The notes: generated from the letters alone by a model not told the origin. A DNA stretch of 64,000 nt from Gemmatimonadaceae bacterium (GCA_051859245.1 JBHYGA010000006.1:192001-256000), one strand, 5' to 3'. Shown: positions 49,378 through 59,750, counted from the first letter of the stretch. Translations and numbers: made by a program.

Positions 49378-50241
49378 ATGAGCAGCGAACTCGATAGCCG
49401 GCGTAGCGCACTCGGCGCAGAAGTCCAGCCGTGGGACGGTGTGGCAGCCGGCTGGAAGAAGTGGTGGCCTGTGATCGAAAAAGGCGCGCAGTCCGTGAGC
49501 CAGCGCATGCTCGAGCTCGCGGTTGTGTCACCGGGTCAGCGCGTACTCGACATCGCCACCGGCATTGGCGAGCCCGCACTGTTGGCGGCGAACCGCGTCG
49601 GTCCCACGGGGCGTGTGATTGCAACGGACATCTCAGTCGCGATGCTCCAAATCGCGCGTGAACGGGCCGGCGCGTTGGGGCTGACGAACGTTTCGTTTGT
49701 GCAGGCCGATGCAGTGCAGCTTGATTTCGCGGATCGCAGTTTTCACAAGGTGCTGTGTCGCTGGGGCGTGACATCGCTTCCCAATCCATGGCACACGTTG
49801 GGAGAGATACGACGCGTGCTGAGGCCCGGCGGATCGTTCGCCACGGCGATTTGGGAATCGGGGCCGCGAGCGCGCCCGTTGGCGAGCATCGCGAACGTTG
49901 TTGCCGATGAGATGTTTGCTGAGAGAGCGTCGAGATCGACAACAGCTATTGCGTATGGCGCCGCGCGCAAGGAGCTCGTGCGAAACATGCTCGACGCGGG
50001 TTTCCCCGATGTGCGCGCAGAAGAGTGGACGCTCACGCTTGAGTGGCCCTGCGCCGACGACTGCACGCAATATGTCGTCGATGTCTCACCGGAGATTGCG
50101 GCGCTTCTAGCCAGCAAGACAATCGAACAGCAGACCGAGTACCGGCGACGCGTCGCCGAGAAGTTGATGCCGTATATCAGCGCTGATGGGCGCGTTCTCA
50201 TTCCGAACAAAACGATCTGTGCGGTGGGACGGGAATGGTGA
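49378..50241 (+). CDS. Class I SAM-dependent methyltransferase
   Basis: VLDIATGIG, TDIS, RVLRPGG. Confidence 0.88.
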   Translation: MSSELDSRRSALGAEVQPWDGVAAGWKKWWPVIEKGAQSVSQRMLELAVVSPGQRVLDIATGIGEPALLAANRVGPTGRVIATDISVAMLQIARERAGALGLTNVSFVQADAVQLDFADRSFHKVLCRWGVTSLPNPWHTLGEIRRVLRPGGSFATAIWESGPRARPLASIANVVADEMFAERASRSTTAIAYGAARKELVRNMLDAGFPDVRAEEWTLTLEWPCADDCTQYVVDVSPEIAALLASKTIEQQTEYRRRVAEKLMPYISADGRVLIPNKTICAVGREW

Positions 50242-50768
50242 CGGCGAGCGACGCACCGTTTCGACTGCGATGGTTCAGCACGCTTGTTTCCGCGCGCACC
50301 GCTGGCACGTTGCTCGAAGTCGGTTGCGGCAACGGACAGCTGCTTGAAATGCTGGCGCTCCGTTGTACGAAATGCGTACTGCACGGCATCGATCGCTCGC
50401 CGCTGCAGGTGCACCGCGCCATCGCGCGACTGTCGTCGTTGCCGGAAGGAGTCCGACCGACCGTGCGTGAGTGTGCACTCGAGGATGCGCCGAAGGTGTT
50501 CGGCTCGAGAAGTGTGCAACTTCTGGTCGCCATGAACGTGAATCTGTTCTGGACGGACCCGGCCCTCGCCGGTTCGGCAACCCGCGAGCTTCTCTCATCG
50601 CGTGGCCGCGTGCTGCTCGGCTTCGAACCGCCAACAGCGCACGGACGGCAGGCGCTGCGAAAGCGAGTGTTAGATGCGTTGCCGAGCGCTGGCTTCAAAG
50701 TCGACAGCGAATGGGTTCCTGCTGATGCGGCGTCGGGTGCGTTTGCGCTGTCGCTGCGCCGTGCGTGA
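50235..50768 (+). CDS. Class I SAM-dependent methyltransferase
   Basis: LLEVGCGNG, GIDRS, NVNLFW. Confidence 0.8.
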   Translation: MVTASDAPFRLRWFSTLVSARTAGTLLEVGCGNGQLLEMLALRCTKCVLHGIDRSPLQVHRAIARLSSLPEGVRPTVRECALEDAPKVFGSRSVQLLVAMNVNLFWTDPALAGSATRELLSSRGRVLLGFEPPTAHGRQALRKRVLDALPSAGFKVDSEWVPADAASGAFALSLRRA

Positions 50769-51016
50769 TGCGCGTCTGCGCCGGGAAAAATGGCCGTTCT
50801 GACGCAACCGCTGTTGGCGAGTACGACTCATGGTGGCTCTGTCTCAGGTTCGCGTCATAAGACAATTCTGTTGCCGGCAGCGCGGCGGCGGAAGAGGAGC
50901 AGGCGAGTGGTGGTGTCCGATATGAACACGGAACTGCGTACGTCCATACGCAGTGTCTTGCAGGTCAAAGACATGCCTGCGCGAAAATCCAATCCCGTGA
51001 TCGAGGAATACCGCAC

Positions 51017-51574
51017 ATGAAGAACGTATTGAAGGCCGTGGCGTTGACCGCCGTCATGGCGAGTGTTGTTGCAGCACAAAAGCCATTGCGAGCGGCGCCT
51101 GGTACCGCTGTGAAGATCGCGGTGGTCGAGTTCACTCCGGTTGATGATGCCACAATCATGACCGACAACGCCAAGCGCTGGTTGCAGTCACAACTATCAG
51201 CCACGTTGCACGACACCCGAAAGTTTGATGTCTACGATACACGTCATACCCGGCGCGCAACGCAGAACAATCTTCCGGCGATCAACCATGACAGCTCCAC
51301 GGTGGCCGCGGTAAACGCAGGCAAAGAGCTCGGTGTCGCCTACGTGCTCACGGGCGTCGTGACCAGGTATACGCCCAAGGGAGACGGCGACTTCGGGTAC
51401 ACCACGATTCGCACGCGTCTGGTGGACGTTGCGACGGGCAAAGTCAAACACGTTGGTGAAACAACGCAGAAAGGCTGGGGCAAGATGAACACCACCGGTG
51501 AAGCCGAGATGCAGGCGAAGGTGATGAAGCCCGCGATTGACTCGATCACGGCCACGCTGTTCGCGGCCATGTGA
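51017..51574 (+). CDS. Secreted CsgG/HfaB-like (TolB-N fold) protein
   Basis: GAGG RBS; signal peptide; IAVVEF, GKELGVAYVLTGVV, RLVDVATG. Confidence 0.7.
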   Translation: MKNVLKAVALTAVMASVVAAQKPLRAAPGTAVKIAVVEFTPVDDATIMTDNAKRWLQSQLSATLHDTRKFDVYDTRHTRRATQNNLPAINHDSSTVAAVNAGKELGVAYVLTGVVTRYTPKGDGDFGYTTIRTRLVDVATGKVKHVGETTQKGWGKMNTTGEAEMQAKVMKPAIDSITATLFAAM

Positions 51575-51581
51575 AACAACG

Positions 51582-51611
51582 TCGGCCGCTGTCTGAATGG
51601 ACAGCGGCCGA
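51582..51611. terminator. Hairpin between convergent genes, probable terminator
   Basis: Perfect 12-bp stem TCGGCCGCTGTC/GACAGCGGCCGA, 6-nt loop; weak U-tracts. Confidence 0.65.
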
Positions 51612-51630
51612 TTGCCCCATACGCGAATGC

Positions 51631-52308
51631 TCAGGCGTGTCTGCGCGTGCGTCGCACGGCAATCAACGCCGCGGCGCCGACGACCAGTAGCGCGATCGAG
51701 GAAGGTTCTGGTACAGTGATCGCCGCGCTTTCGAAGGTGGCGACGAACTCGTTGTCGATGTCCGCGGTATTGCTCTCGGCCCATTGACACGTCGAGAGGA
51801 GCTCGGCCGTATCATCACCGCAGCTATATGCAAAAATCGAGGCGCCGCCGTCGTATGAGTTGAACCACTCACCATCGAGGCGGACACGTCGGTATGCGAG
51901 ATTGCCCGACGTGCTGAGCAGAAACGCAACGTACTGCGCGCCTGGCGTGACGGTCAGCTCGCCAGTGGTGAAGTCCACTCGCTCCTGCGGACAGCATTCG
52001 GGTGTATCCCTCGGCCCACTGCTATACAGCACTTCTCCAACCGGCATCGAGCCGTTCCACTGCATCAGATACGCTTCGTAGCTCGAGACCAGACCTAGGC
52101 CGCCGCCCGAAAGCCAGAACGAAAACTGCGTCAGTGTTGTTGCGCCAGCTGGTGCGGTGAACGTCTGACCGAAGCCACTGCTGACGCCGCTGGTGAGGTA
52201 TTCACCCGTTCGCGTGTCGATCGTTTGTGCACTTGCGACACCAGCACCGGCGAGTGTCGCAGCGCTGGCGACAAGCGCAACGGTCCATCGTCGAAAACTC
52301 ATGAACAT
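51631..52308 (-). CDS. PEP-CTERM sorting domain protein
   Basis: Signal peptide ending ASA-Q; C-terminal VPEPSSIALLVVGAAALIAVRRTRR. Confidence 0.9.
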   Translation of the reverse strand: MFMSFRRWTVALVASAATLAGAGVASAQTIDTRTGEYLTSGVSSGFGQTFTAPAGATTLTQFSFWLSGGGLGLVSSYEAYLMQWNGSMPVGEVLYSSGPRDTPECCPQERVDFTTGELTVTPGAQYVAFLLSTSGNLAYRRVRLDGEWFNSYDGGASIFAYSCGDDTAELLSTCQWAESNTADIDNEFVATFESAAITVPEPSSIALLVVGAAALIAVRRTRRHA

Positions 52309-52552
52309 ATTCACTCCTCGAAAGAATCGATAAAGATGAGCGCGCTGAGCGCCAGCGTCTCGCCACTCGTCATACGGAATTCTCGCGTCCAGCCGGACAT
52401 TGTGATCCGTGTGCTTCAGCACGCGCGATGCGTGAGGTGTCAGCGGTGTTCGTGGTCGATGTCTGAAGTTCAGCCTGCTTTCCGTACGCAGGTGCAGGAG
52501 CAGTGCTTGTTGCTCCTTCGATACATCCACCATACGCGTTTCAGGAGTTCTC

Positions 52553-52969
52553 GTGAACATCAAACAACTCGCGCGGCGAAGTGTGCTCGCGGCGTCCGGC
52601 CTCGCGCTCGTTGCGTGTCAGGACGCGCCGACGACACCATCGATCCGTGAGGTACCAGTGTTGGCCAAGTCAAAACCGCAGTCGGCACCGACCGTCGTGC
52701 CATTGAGTCCGTCTGCGCTGCGCGTCGATGCCCTGCGCGATGCATTGGACCGCGTGCAAACCGCGTTGGTGTCGGACGATCGCGCGAAGGCAATTGCGGT
52801 TGGTCTGCGGCAGGCGATCAGCGCCCTTGAACGCGGCGATTCGCAGAGCGTCGCGCGGGCGCTCAAGGGCGTCGAACAGACACTCGAATCGTACACCGCA
52901 GCCGACGCGGCAATGGCTCCTGATCTCGATGTGCTGCGCCTCGCCTTGCGCACCGCCGCCTCAAGCTGA
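52553..52969 (+). CDS. Small helical lipoprotein
   Basis: AGGAG RBS, GTG start, lipobox LVAC. Confidence 0.75.
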   Translation: MNIKQLARRSVLAASGLALVACQDAPTTPSIREVPVLAKSKPQSAPTVVPLSPSALRVDALRDALDRVQTALVSDDRAKAIAVGLRQAISALERGDSQSVARALKGVEQTLESYTAADAAMAPDLDVLRLALRTAASS

Positions 52970-52994
52970 CCACACCACATCACACGCCAATTCC

Positions 52995-53669
52995 ATGACT
53001 ATGCGCGATACGCCATCACGCGCCGTTCGGCGGCGATTCTCTCTGCCGTTGCTGGCGCTCACCATCACCGCTGCCTTCGCCCTGCGTGCTGCACCAGTCT
53101 CCGCCGCGGCACTGCCTGAACGATCAACCGATTCCGATGTGCTGTACGCCTGCTTCATTCCTGGCAGCGGCACCATCTATCGCATCAAGACCACGGATCC
53201 CGCCGAAACCTGCAAGTCGGCCAATCACATCCCGCTGCAGTGGCTGGCGGATGGCCCGCAGGGGCCGCAGGGTCCGATCGGCCCACAGGGGCCGCAGGGA
53301 CCGGCAGGCCCCGCTGGCCCGATCGGGGACGCGGGTGCCATTGGCCCCGTCGGACCGGTGGGTGTCCAGGGAACGACGGGCCCGATCGGACCGGCCGGTG
53401 AGCGAGGACCGGGCGGATCGGCGGGCATCGAAGTGATTGAGGTGTCGATTGAGAACGCCGTTGGCGCCGAGGACCAGTCGCTGCTGGCCGAGTGCCCGGC
53501 CGGCAAAAAGATCATCGGCGGTGGATTCTCTCAGAATCCTTCGAACGGCAATGTCGGCGAGTCACGGCCCACCTCCGACAACACCGGCTGGTTCGTGTAC
53601 GTGAACGACCTCTGGCTCAGCTCACCAAATATCAAAGCGTTCGCAATCTGCGCGGTCTGGCTGCCGTGA
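52995..53669 (+). CDS. Secreted collagen-like protein, paralog 1
   Basis: Signal peptide, Cys-pair N domain, 20 Gly-X-Y triplets, CPAGKK..GGG C domain. Confidence 0.88.
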   Translation: MTMRDTPSRAVRRRFSLPLLALTITAAFALRAAPVSAAALPERSTDSDVLYACFIPGSGTIYRIKTTDPAETCKSANHIPLQWLADGPQGPQGPIGPQGPQGPAGPAGPIGDAGAIGPVGPVGVQGTTGPIGPAGERGPGGSAGIEVIEVSIENAVGAEDQSLLAECPAGKKIIGGGFSQNPSNGNVGESRPTSDNTGWFVYVNDLWLSSPNIKAFAICAVWLP

Positions 53670-53716
53670 TGCACGTCAAGCGCTCTCCACATTCTCAACC
53701 TGCGGAATACATCACG

Positions 53717-54373
53717 ATGTCTCTCCACAAATCTCAGCGCGTGTGGCAACGGTGCGCGCTTGCCCTCTTGCTTGGTAGCGCACTGGCTGCGCCCGCTCTT
53801 CACGCCGATTCGCTTCGGTCAACGTCCGCGCACGACCCGGAAGCCATCTACGCCTGTTATGTGCCTGGCAGCGGTGCCATGTACCTCATCAAGACCACAG
53901 ATCCGACCGAAACGTGCAAGTCGGCGAGCCACATCCCGTTCCAGTGGCAGGCGACCGGACCGGCCGGTGAGCCGGGTCCGCAGGGACCCGCTGGCACAGT
54001 GGGTCCGCAAGGGCCGATGGGTCCAATCGGTCCGGCGGGGCCTGCCGGACCTCAGGGCCCGACCGGCCCGGCCGGGCTTCAAGGCCCGACCGGCCCGCAG
54101 GGAGCCGCTGGGCCAGGCGGATTCTCCGGCGTTGAAAAAATTGACGCGGATATCTGGAATGCGTGGGCCGACACCGACGGGACCGTCGTTGCGCAGTGCC
54201 CTGCCGGCAAGAAGGTGCTCGGAGGCGGATTCACGTTCCATCCTATCATTGGCCGGGTCGCCGAGTCGCGCCCCTCTGCTGACCGGACCGCGTGGGTTGT
54301 CCACTACACGCACCTTGGCGCCAGCCAAGGATGGCTCGGCGCTTGGGCTTTATGCGCCAATTGGGTGCCATAA
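53717..54373 (+). CDS. Secreted collagen-like protein, paralog 2
   Basis: Same architecture, 20 Gly-X-Y triplets. Confidence 0.88.
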   Translation: MSLHKSQRVWQRCALALLLGSALAAPALHADSLRSTSAHDPEAIYACYVPGSGAMYLIKTTDPTETCKSASHIPFQWQATGPAGEPGPQGPAGTVGPQGPMGPIGPAGPAGPQGPTGPAGLQGPTGPQGAAGPGGFSGVEKIDADIWNAWADTDGTVVAQCPAGKKVLGGGFTFHPIIGRVAESRPSADRTAWVVHYTHLGASQGWLGAWALCANWVP

Positions 54374-54429
54374 CAAGAGCATCATAAATACACTCGCTTT
54401 ACACAATAGCTCACACATAGGAGTTCACA

Positions 54430-55089
54430 ATGTTGGCTTTAGAATCGAGACGCCGTCGCACTGATGTACGGCGATCCGTGCTCGCCGCAGTGACAGTCTG
54501 CGTCCTGGCGCTGCCGATCGCTCGCGCCGGAGCCATGCCGAGTACGCATCTGGATGACGAGATCATCCACGCCTGCTTCGTTCCGCAGAGCGGCACGCTG
54601 TACCGCATCAAGGCCACCGACCCCACGGAGACGTGCAAATCGGCCCAGCATGTGCCCATTCAGTGGAACATCACGGGAGACGTTGGGCCGGAAGGCGCGA
54701 CGGGAAGCGCCGGGCCGGCGGGTCCATCGGGGGCGAAGGGTCCGCAGGGCGCTGCAGGACCCGTCGGACCGCAGGGCGACGCCGGGGCGGTGGGACCGGC
54801 TGGCGCCAAAGGCGCGCTGGGACCCGCCGGACCAAACGGCGTTGTCGGCATTGAAGTGGTGAAGGTCACGGAGCAGCACGACTGGATCAGTTTTGATCAT
54901 CAAGTCTGGGCGTACTGCCCTGCCGGCAAAAAGGTGATCGCCGGTGGCCATTCCGTTGCCCCGAACGTTGGGCGCGTCACCGAATCGCGGCCGGAACCCG
55001 ACAACAAATCGTGGTATCTCTACGTGGACAGTCTCGCTGGCAACTCGCCGGATGTCACGGTATACGCCGTGTGTGCACCGTGGCCGTAA
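54430..55089 (+). CDS. Secreted collagen-like protein, paralog 3
   Basis: AGGAG RBS; same architecture, 20 Gly-X-Y triplets. Confidence 0.88.
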   Translation: MLALESRRRRTDVRRSVLAAVTVCVLALPIARAGAMPSTHLDDEIIHACFVPQSGTLYRIKATDPTETCKSAQHVPIQWNITGDVGPEGATGSAGPAGPSGAKGPQGAAGPVGPQGDAGAVGPAGAKGALGPAGPNGVVGIEVVKVTEQHDWISFDHQVWAYCPAGKKVIAGGHSVAPNVGRVTESRPEPDNKSWYLYVDSLAGNSPDVTVYAVCAPWP

Positions 55090-55090
55090 G

Positions 55091-56644
55091 CTACCAGTCC
55101 GTTGGCTTGTAGTCCTTCAGAAACTTGCCCCACACATGCGTGCCGGTGTTGATGCCATCAATGATCGGATCAACAATGCGCGCAGCACCATCGAGAATAT
55201 CCAGCGGCGGATGAAAGCGATGCTCGGCCACCTTGCGCGCGGCAATCTCCGCTGGATCCTCGTCGGTCACCCAACCCGTGTCCACCGCGTTCATGTGAAT
55301 GCCGTCGGTGTAATAATCCGCCGCCGCTGTGCGCGTCATCATGTTGAGCGCCGCTTTCGCCATGTTCGTATGCGGATGACGCGTCGTCTTGAACTTGCGG
55401 TAGAACTGTCCTTCCACCGCTGACACATTCACAATGTGTTTGTCGCGGTTTGGCGTGCGCAGCATGAGTGGCTTGAGACGCGCATTGATCAGGAACGGTG
55501 CGACCGCATTCACCAGCTGCACTTCGAGCAACTCCACGCTCGGTACCTCCGCCATCAGCATGCGCCACGAGTTGCGATCGCGCAGATCCACCTGCTGCAT
55601 GTCCTGATCCAGCTGTCCCTGCGGAAACAGATGCGCCTGCGGTGACGCTTCGTCTGGCAACAACGCGATCTGCGACAGCTCGGCGGCGTGCGTGAGGCCG
55701 GCAACACTGCCGAGTTGTTTTGTGGCAATCGAGGTGCTGCTGTCGGCACCCGTGCTCTCTGGCAGCATGTTGTACGAGCGAACGCCCTCGTACGCGCCGA
55801 GCACTTTCTGGATGTGCGCTGGCATGTTGCCAATCGACGCCGTTTCCAGATCCATCATGTGCTTGTAAAAGTCAGGCGGGCGCCGCACCGTCTGACACGC
55901 ATTGTTGATGATGAAGTCAAGACGGTCGTGCGTTTCGTTCAACTGATGACAAAACGCTTCAACACTCGGCGTGTGACGCAGATCGAGACCAAAAATTTCG
56001 AGCCGGTGTGACCATTCTTCAAAATCCGGCTCCATCGCGTAGCGCGCCGCGGAATCGCGCGGGAAACGCGTGGTCACAATAAGATGTGCACCGGCGCGCA
56101 ACAGCTTGATGCCCGCCTGGTAGCCGATTTTTACGCGACCACCGGTGAGCAGGGCGACGCGTCCAGACAAATCCGCCAGCTCGGTGCGCTTGGCGTAGTT
56201 GAACGCCGCGCAACTCGGGCAGAGCTGGTCGTAAAAGTGATGCAGTACATCGAACGACTGTTTGCACACATAACAGTGCTGCGCTTCAATCGCCTCGCGA
56301 AAATCAGGATCGTCCACCGTTTCCTGTTCATCGCCGCTCGGCAGGGCGTAGTTCGGCGTGGTGAACACGGTTTGCCGGCGCAGCGAGCGGATACCGGTGC
56401 TATTGAGTTGCGCCTCGGCGTCTTTCACGCGTTCCTGCCGCTCCGACTTTTTCTGGCGCTTGGTGGCTTTGACCAGCTGGCGCCGCAGAATGGCATCCGG
56501 GCGGGACACCTCACCGGCGGCGCGCAGCAGGCGATTGCGCTCCTCTTCGGAAATCTCAAGCAGACGCGCACGGTCCGTGGCCAGCGCTTCGAGCAGCGCC
56601 GTGGCTTCGCGGACCTGGGCCAGGAAATCGGGGGACTGGGGCAT
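55091..56644 (-). CDS. SDR family oxidoreductase with N-terminal CxxC...CxxC motif
   Basis: CYVC...CPSC, TGGRVKIG, INNA, NVSAVEG, HPHTNMAKAALN. Confidence 0.85.
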   Translation of the reverse strand: MPQSPDFLAQVREATALLEALATDRARLLEISEEERNRLLRAAGEVSRPDAILRRQLVKATKRQKKSERQERVKDAEAQLNSTGIRSLRRQTVFTTPNYALPSGDEQETVDDPDFREAIEAQHCYVCKQSFDVLHHFYDQLCPSCAAFNYAKRTELADLSGRVALLTGGRVKIGYQAGIKLLRAGAHLIVTTRFPRDSAARYAMEPDFEEWSHRLEIFGLDLRHTPSVEAFCHQLNETHDRLDFIINNACQTVRRPPDFYKHMMDLETASIGNMPAHIQKVLGAYEGVRSYNMLPESTGADSSTSIATKQLGSVAGLTHAAELSQIALLPDEASPQAHLFPQGQLDQDMQQVDLRDRNSWRMLMAEVPSVELLEVQLVNAVAPFLINARLKPLMLRTPNRDKHIVNVSAVEGQFYRKFKTTRHPHTNMAKAALNMMTRTAAADYYTDGIHMNAVDTGWVTDEDPAEIAARKVAEHRFHPPLDILDGAARIVDPIIDGINTGTHVWGKFLKDYKPTDW

Positions 56645-56850
56645 AGCCTTCAAAGATAGCCAATTCGGGGCTTCGCCGTCGCACTTCGCTTACCCGGAAA
56701 CGACCGTCCGCACCTGACATGTGTCCCATTACAGACCAGCCGCGACACTTGTCGGATACCGCCGTTGGGCATTCCCAACGATGCTGGAGTCGAGGGCGCG
56801 GGAATCACCCGTGCCTGCGTTGCATGCGACATTCGACGGGAGCCTGAACC

Positions 56851-57372
56851 ATGTGCACACATCCGGATGACACTTCGACCGCGAACAGCTCGTCGCCGGC
56901 GCTTGATCGCCGAACCTTCCTGCGGAACTCGGCGCTTTTCGCCGTTGGCGTGCTCGTCGCGCAGGGGCTCTCGCCCGACAGTGCGCTGGCTGACCACGCC
57001 CGCTTCATTAAGCCGCTGGAGTCGACCGCGCGCGAGCGTGCCTACGGGCTGCCCACGCACGACAGTGTCTCGGTCGACGAAGCCGAGCGCCTGATGCTCG
57101 TGCGGTCGAACCGCAAAGTGTACGCGTTTTCGCTGGAGTGCCCGCACCGGGGCCGTTTGCTGGAGTGGCAGCCCGATGGTCCGCAGTTCTATTGCCCCAA
57201 GCACAAGGCCCGGTTCTCCACCGAGGGGGCGAATATCGGGGGACGGAAAACAAGCGCGCTCGACCGCTACGCGCTGCGCCGCGACGGGATGCGGGTGGTG
57301 GTAGCGCTTGACCAGCTACTCTCCATGACCGACGCGCCAGCAGAATGGGCGGCGGCGGTGTTGAACGTATGA
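56851..57372 (+). CDS. Tat-exported small Rieske [2Fe-2S] protein
   Basis: DRRTFL signal; CPH and CPKH ligand boxes. Confidence 0.85.
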   Translation: MCTHPDDTSTANSSSPALDRRTFLRNSALFAVGVLVAQGLSPDSALADHARFIKPLESTARERAYGLPTHDSVSVDEAERLMLVRSNRKVYAFSLECPHRGRLLEWQPDGPQFYCPKHKARFSTEGANIGGRKTSALDRYALRRDGMRVVVALDQLLSMTDAPAEWAAAVLNV

Positions 57373-57422
57373 CTGCGCCGACGTGCGGCGCGACGTGTGT
57401 GATCACACGCCGCGCCGTTCTG

Positions 57423-57998
57423 TCATTGACGCCGCTGCTGAAAGCGCAGCCCCAATCCGAACGACACGATCTGATACCGCTCGCCGCGAAGGGACGGGAG
57501 TAGCATTCCGCGCACGTTCGCGGTCATCGCCACGCGCGTCTGTGCTGGTACGGCGAGATCAAGACGACCGGCAACACCGATGGTCGCCTGCTTCTCCTGC
57601 GCCAGCGTGGGACCAGCGAACACGCGCAGTAATCCGTTGGCGCTACGCCAGCCGGCAAGTGCCGTCAGGCTGGCGATCTCTCGGTGCGTTGGCACGCAGC
57701 CGCCGGACCCATCTGGTGTGCAGAGCAGATCGCGCGCGGCGCCCCCGTCAGCGGAGAGTGCCAAACCGAGCACGAGCCCAGACGCGCTGCGTTCCACATT
57801 CGATCGTGCGAGTAGAATGTTTCCGCCGTACCCATCTCCTTCGCCGGAATACGCACGCGACGACGCGCGTGTACCACCAAGCGTGACATCAGCGGAGTAT
57901 CGTGCCTGTGCGTGCGCAGCGCGTGCGCTCGCACCCGAAGTCAGGACAAACAGACACAAGACACACGCTGCGCCAACTGTGGCGCGCACCGTTAGCAC
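57423..57998 (-). CDS. Probable outer-membrane beta-barrel protein
   Basis: Signal peptide ending AHA-Q; amphipathic strands; C-terminal SFGLGLRF. Confidence 0.6.
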   Translation of the reverse strand: MLTVRATVGAACVLCLFVLTSGASARAAHAQARYSADVTLGGTRASSRAYSGEGDGYGGNILLARSNVERSASGLVLGLALSADGGAARDLLCTPDGSGGCVPTHREIASLTALAGWRSANGLLRVFAGPTLAQEKQATIGVAGRLDLAVPAQTRVAMTANVRGMLLPSLRGERYQIVSFGLGLRFQQRRQ

Positions 57999-58534
57999 GC
58001 GGGTATCGGAGAAAATCGTTCGAGATACACGGGCGTCCCTTCACGTTTCGGTACCAGCGCCATCGCCACCGGAGAACCAACCATAGCTTGTATGGCGGCG
58101 GGAACGCACTCGGGATTGCTGCCGTAACGTAGCACGAGTACGTAGAGCTGCCCGGAGTTCTCCATCACACCGGCAATGCCAACCTGCTCCCATGGCGCAG
58201 CTACTCGGCCGATCGCTTCAACAACGATCATTTCCGAGTCAAAGTCTACGGCTGGCTGCGGGCTCGGCGCTCGGAGCTGCTTCCACAAGACTTCCCACTC
58301 GCTTGATGTTCGCACGACAAAGCGAGATGGCGTCACGAGATCAGTGCGTCGCGGCAGTCGACTGACAATTTCATTGAACTCCGCATTGCGCGTGCTGTTG
58401 ACGATGAGCTGCACCGACCCGCTGGGGAGCTCTGTCGTCCAAGGATCAGACGGCAGTTCCCGACACGACAGCACAACGAGCGATATCGCCAGCATCGACA
58501 TCACGGCACCGCGGATACGTTCACGAGTGCGCAT
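57992..58534 (-). CDS. Lipoprotein with PrcB C-terminal-like domain
   Basis: Lipobox VLSC; VVRTSSEWxxLW...PAVDFDSEMIV. Confidence 0.7.
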   Translation of the reverse strand: MRTRERIRGAVMSMLAISLVVLSCRELPSDPWTTELPSGSVQLIVNSTRNAEFNEIVSRLPRRTDLVTPSRFVVRTSSEWEVLWKQLRAPSPQPAVDFDSEMIVVEAIGRVAAPWEQVGIAGVMENSGQLYVLVLRYGSNPECVPAAIQAMVGSPVAMALVPKREGTPVYLERFSPIPAC

Positions 58535-58541
58535 CGCTGTC

Positions 58542-59393
58542 TCAGGGAAAGAGATTCAACGGTGGAGCGCCGCATGCGGTCCCGCTGCACATCCGCCGCG
58601 CCTGGGCCATACGATCCGCCAAACGTGCCACGGAAAACCGCTGCTCGCCAGCCGACATCTCGATCGCTGCACGCGTATCGATCAATGCGCGCAACGCCGC
58701 GCCGTCCGATGTGTTGCGCACACTCGCCACCTTGCTGTCCATGCGCAGTGCCGCCAGATCGTGCAGCACCCAATAGTTGTACGCGTTCGCGCCCTCGGCA
58801 ATCGGAACGGATCCGTCGCCACTGGCCAGACGATTGGCAATGTCGCGCGCATTGGTGAGCGTGCTCAGCGCGGCGCTTGCATTGCCAGCTGCAACCTGCA
58901 TAGCCGCTTCACCCAGCAAGTACGACACTGACTCACGCTTGATCGTGCGCGGTACATCGAGGCCGTCATACGCACGTTTGTGCAGCGCCCGCGCGTCGCT
59001 CACACGATTCTGTCGAGCGAGCCATCGCACATAACCGTCAACGGCATTGAGATCCCCCGGCTCCGCCATCTGCACCGCTTCCTGATACGCGACATCCGCC
59101 GAGTCGGCCCGCTTGAGCAACACCGCAAACACTTCCGCCATGCCCAGACGCGCCGCACTCGCCAAGCCCGGATCGCGCGCCGTACGCCCCTGCGCAAGCG
59201 CCCGCGTGTACGCCGCTAATGCAGAGTCCGCCTGGCCAGCCACGGCCAACTCCTGCCCGCGCGCCCACGCCACCTCACCTGACTCGCGCGTCTGCGCCGG
59301 AACATCCTGCAGCGCGATACTCAGTCCAAATACCGCTGTTGCGAGCGCGCGCGCAGCGGCAGCGATTGATGCATGAGGACGATTCACGAGCAT
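58542..59393 (-). CDS. Secreted TPR-like helical repeat protein
   Basis: Signal-like N-terminus; GQADSALAAYTRAL and ADSADVAYQEA repeats. Confidence 0.65.
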   Translation of the reverse strand: MLVNRPHASIAAAARALATAVFGLSIALQDVPAQTRESGEVAWARGQELAVAGQADSALAAYTRALAQGRTARDPGLASAARLGMAEVFAVLLKRADSADVAYQEAVQMAEPGDLNAVDGYVRWLARQNRVSDARALHKRAYDGLDVPRTIKRESVSYLLGEAAMQVAAGNASAALSTLTNARDIANRLASGDGSVPIAEGANAYNYWVLHDLAALRMDSKVASVRNTSDGAALRALIDTRAAIEMSAGEQRFSVARLADRMAQARRMCSGTACGAPPLNLFP

Positions 59394-59470
59394 TGTTCTA
59401 CTCCGGTTTCAGGGTGGGCCACTCGCTTCCTACCCGTCGCTCGACTTGGCGTTCACAACCCCCAAATCTG

Positions 59471-59623
59471 TTGCAGTTTTCGTGTTCTTTGTGCCTTCGT
59501 GTCCTTCCCGCCGCTGTTCCCTCAGCACTAGGAGCATCTCGGCTTCAACGCCGGACGCTCTCCTAATGCAAGAGAACAGCGGGCAGGAAGGACACGAAGG
59601 CACGAAAGACACGAAAACTGCAA
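59471..59623. repeat. 153-bp palindromic intergenic element (REP/MITE-like)
   Basis: About 50-bp near-perfect inverted arms TTGCAGTTTTCGTG...CTGTTC / GAACAG...CACGAAAACTGCAA containing tandem CACGAA units. Confidence 0.8.
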
Positions 59624-59658
59624 AGCAAATAAAGGGGAGTCGCAGCCAAATGATGGCG

Positions 59659-59709
59659 AAAAAATCAACGCCCCGCCAACTCGCAAAAGCGAACTGGCGG
59701 GGCGTTGAT
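59659..59709 (-). terminator. Rho-independent terminator of the DUF305-LVIVD operon
   Basis: 15-bp stem ATCAACGCCCCGCCA/TGGCGGGGCGTTGAT followed by a U-tract on the minus strand. Confidence 0.8.
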
Positions 59710-59750
59710 GTGAACAACGTTACCGGCGCGAACGCCGGCGAACGATGTGA

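Noticed and set aside
52995..55089. Collagen genes as prophage tail fibres, a shufflon or DGR targets
   Set aside because: All have signal peptides; no phage genes, recombinase, reverse transcriptase or template repeat nearby
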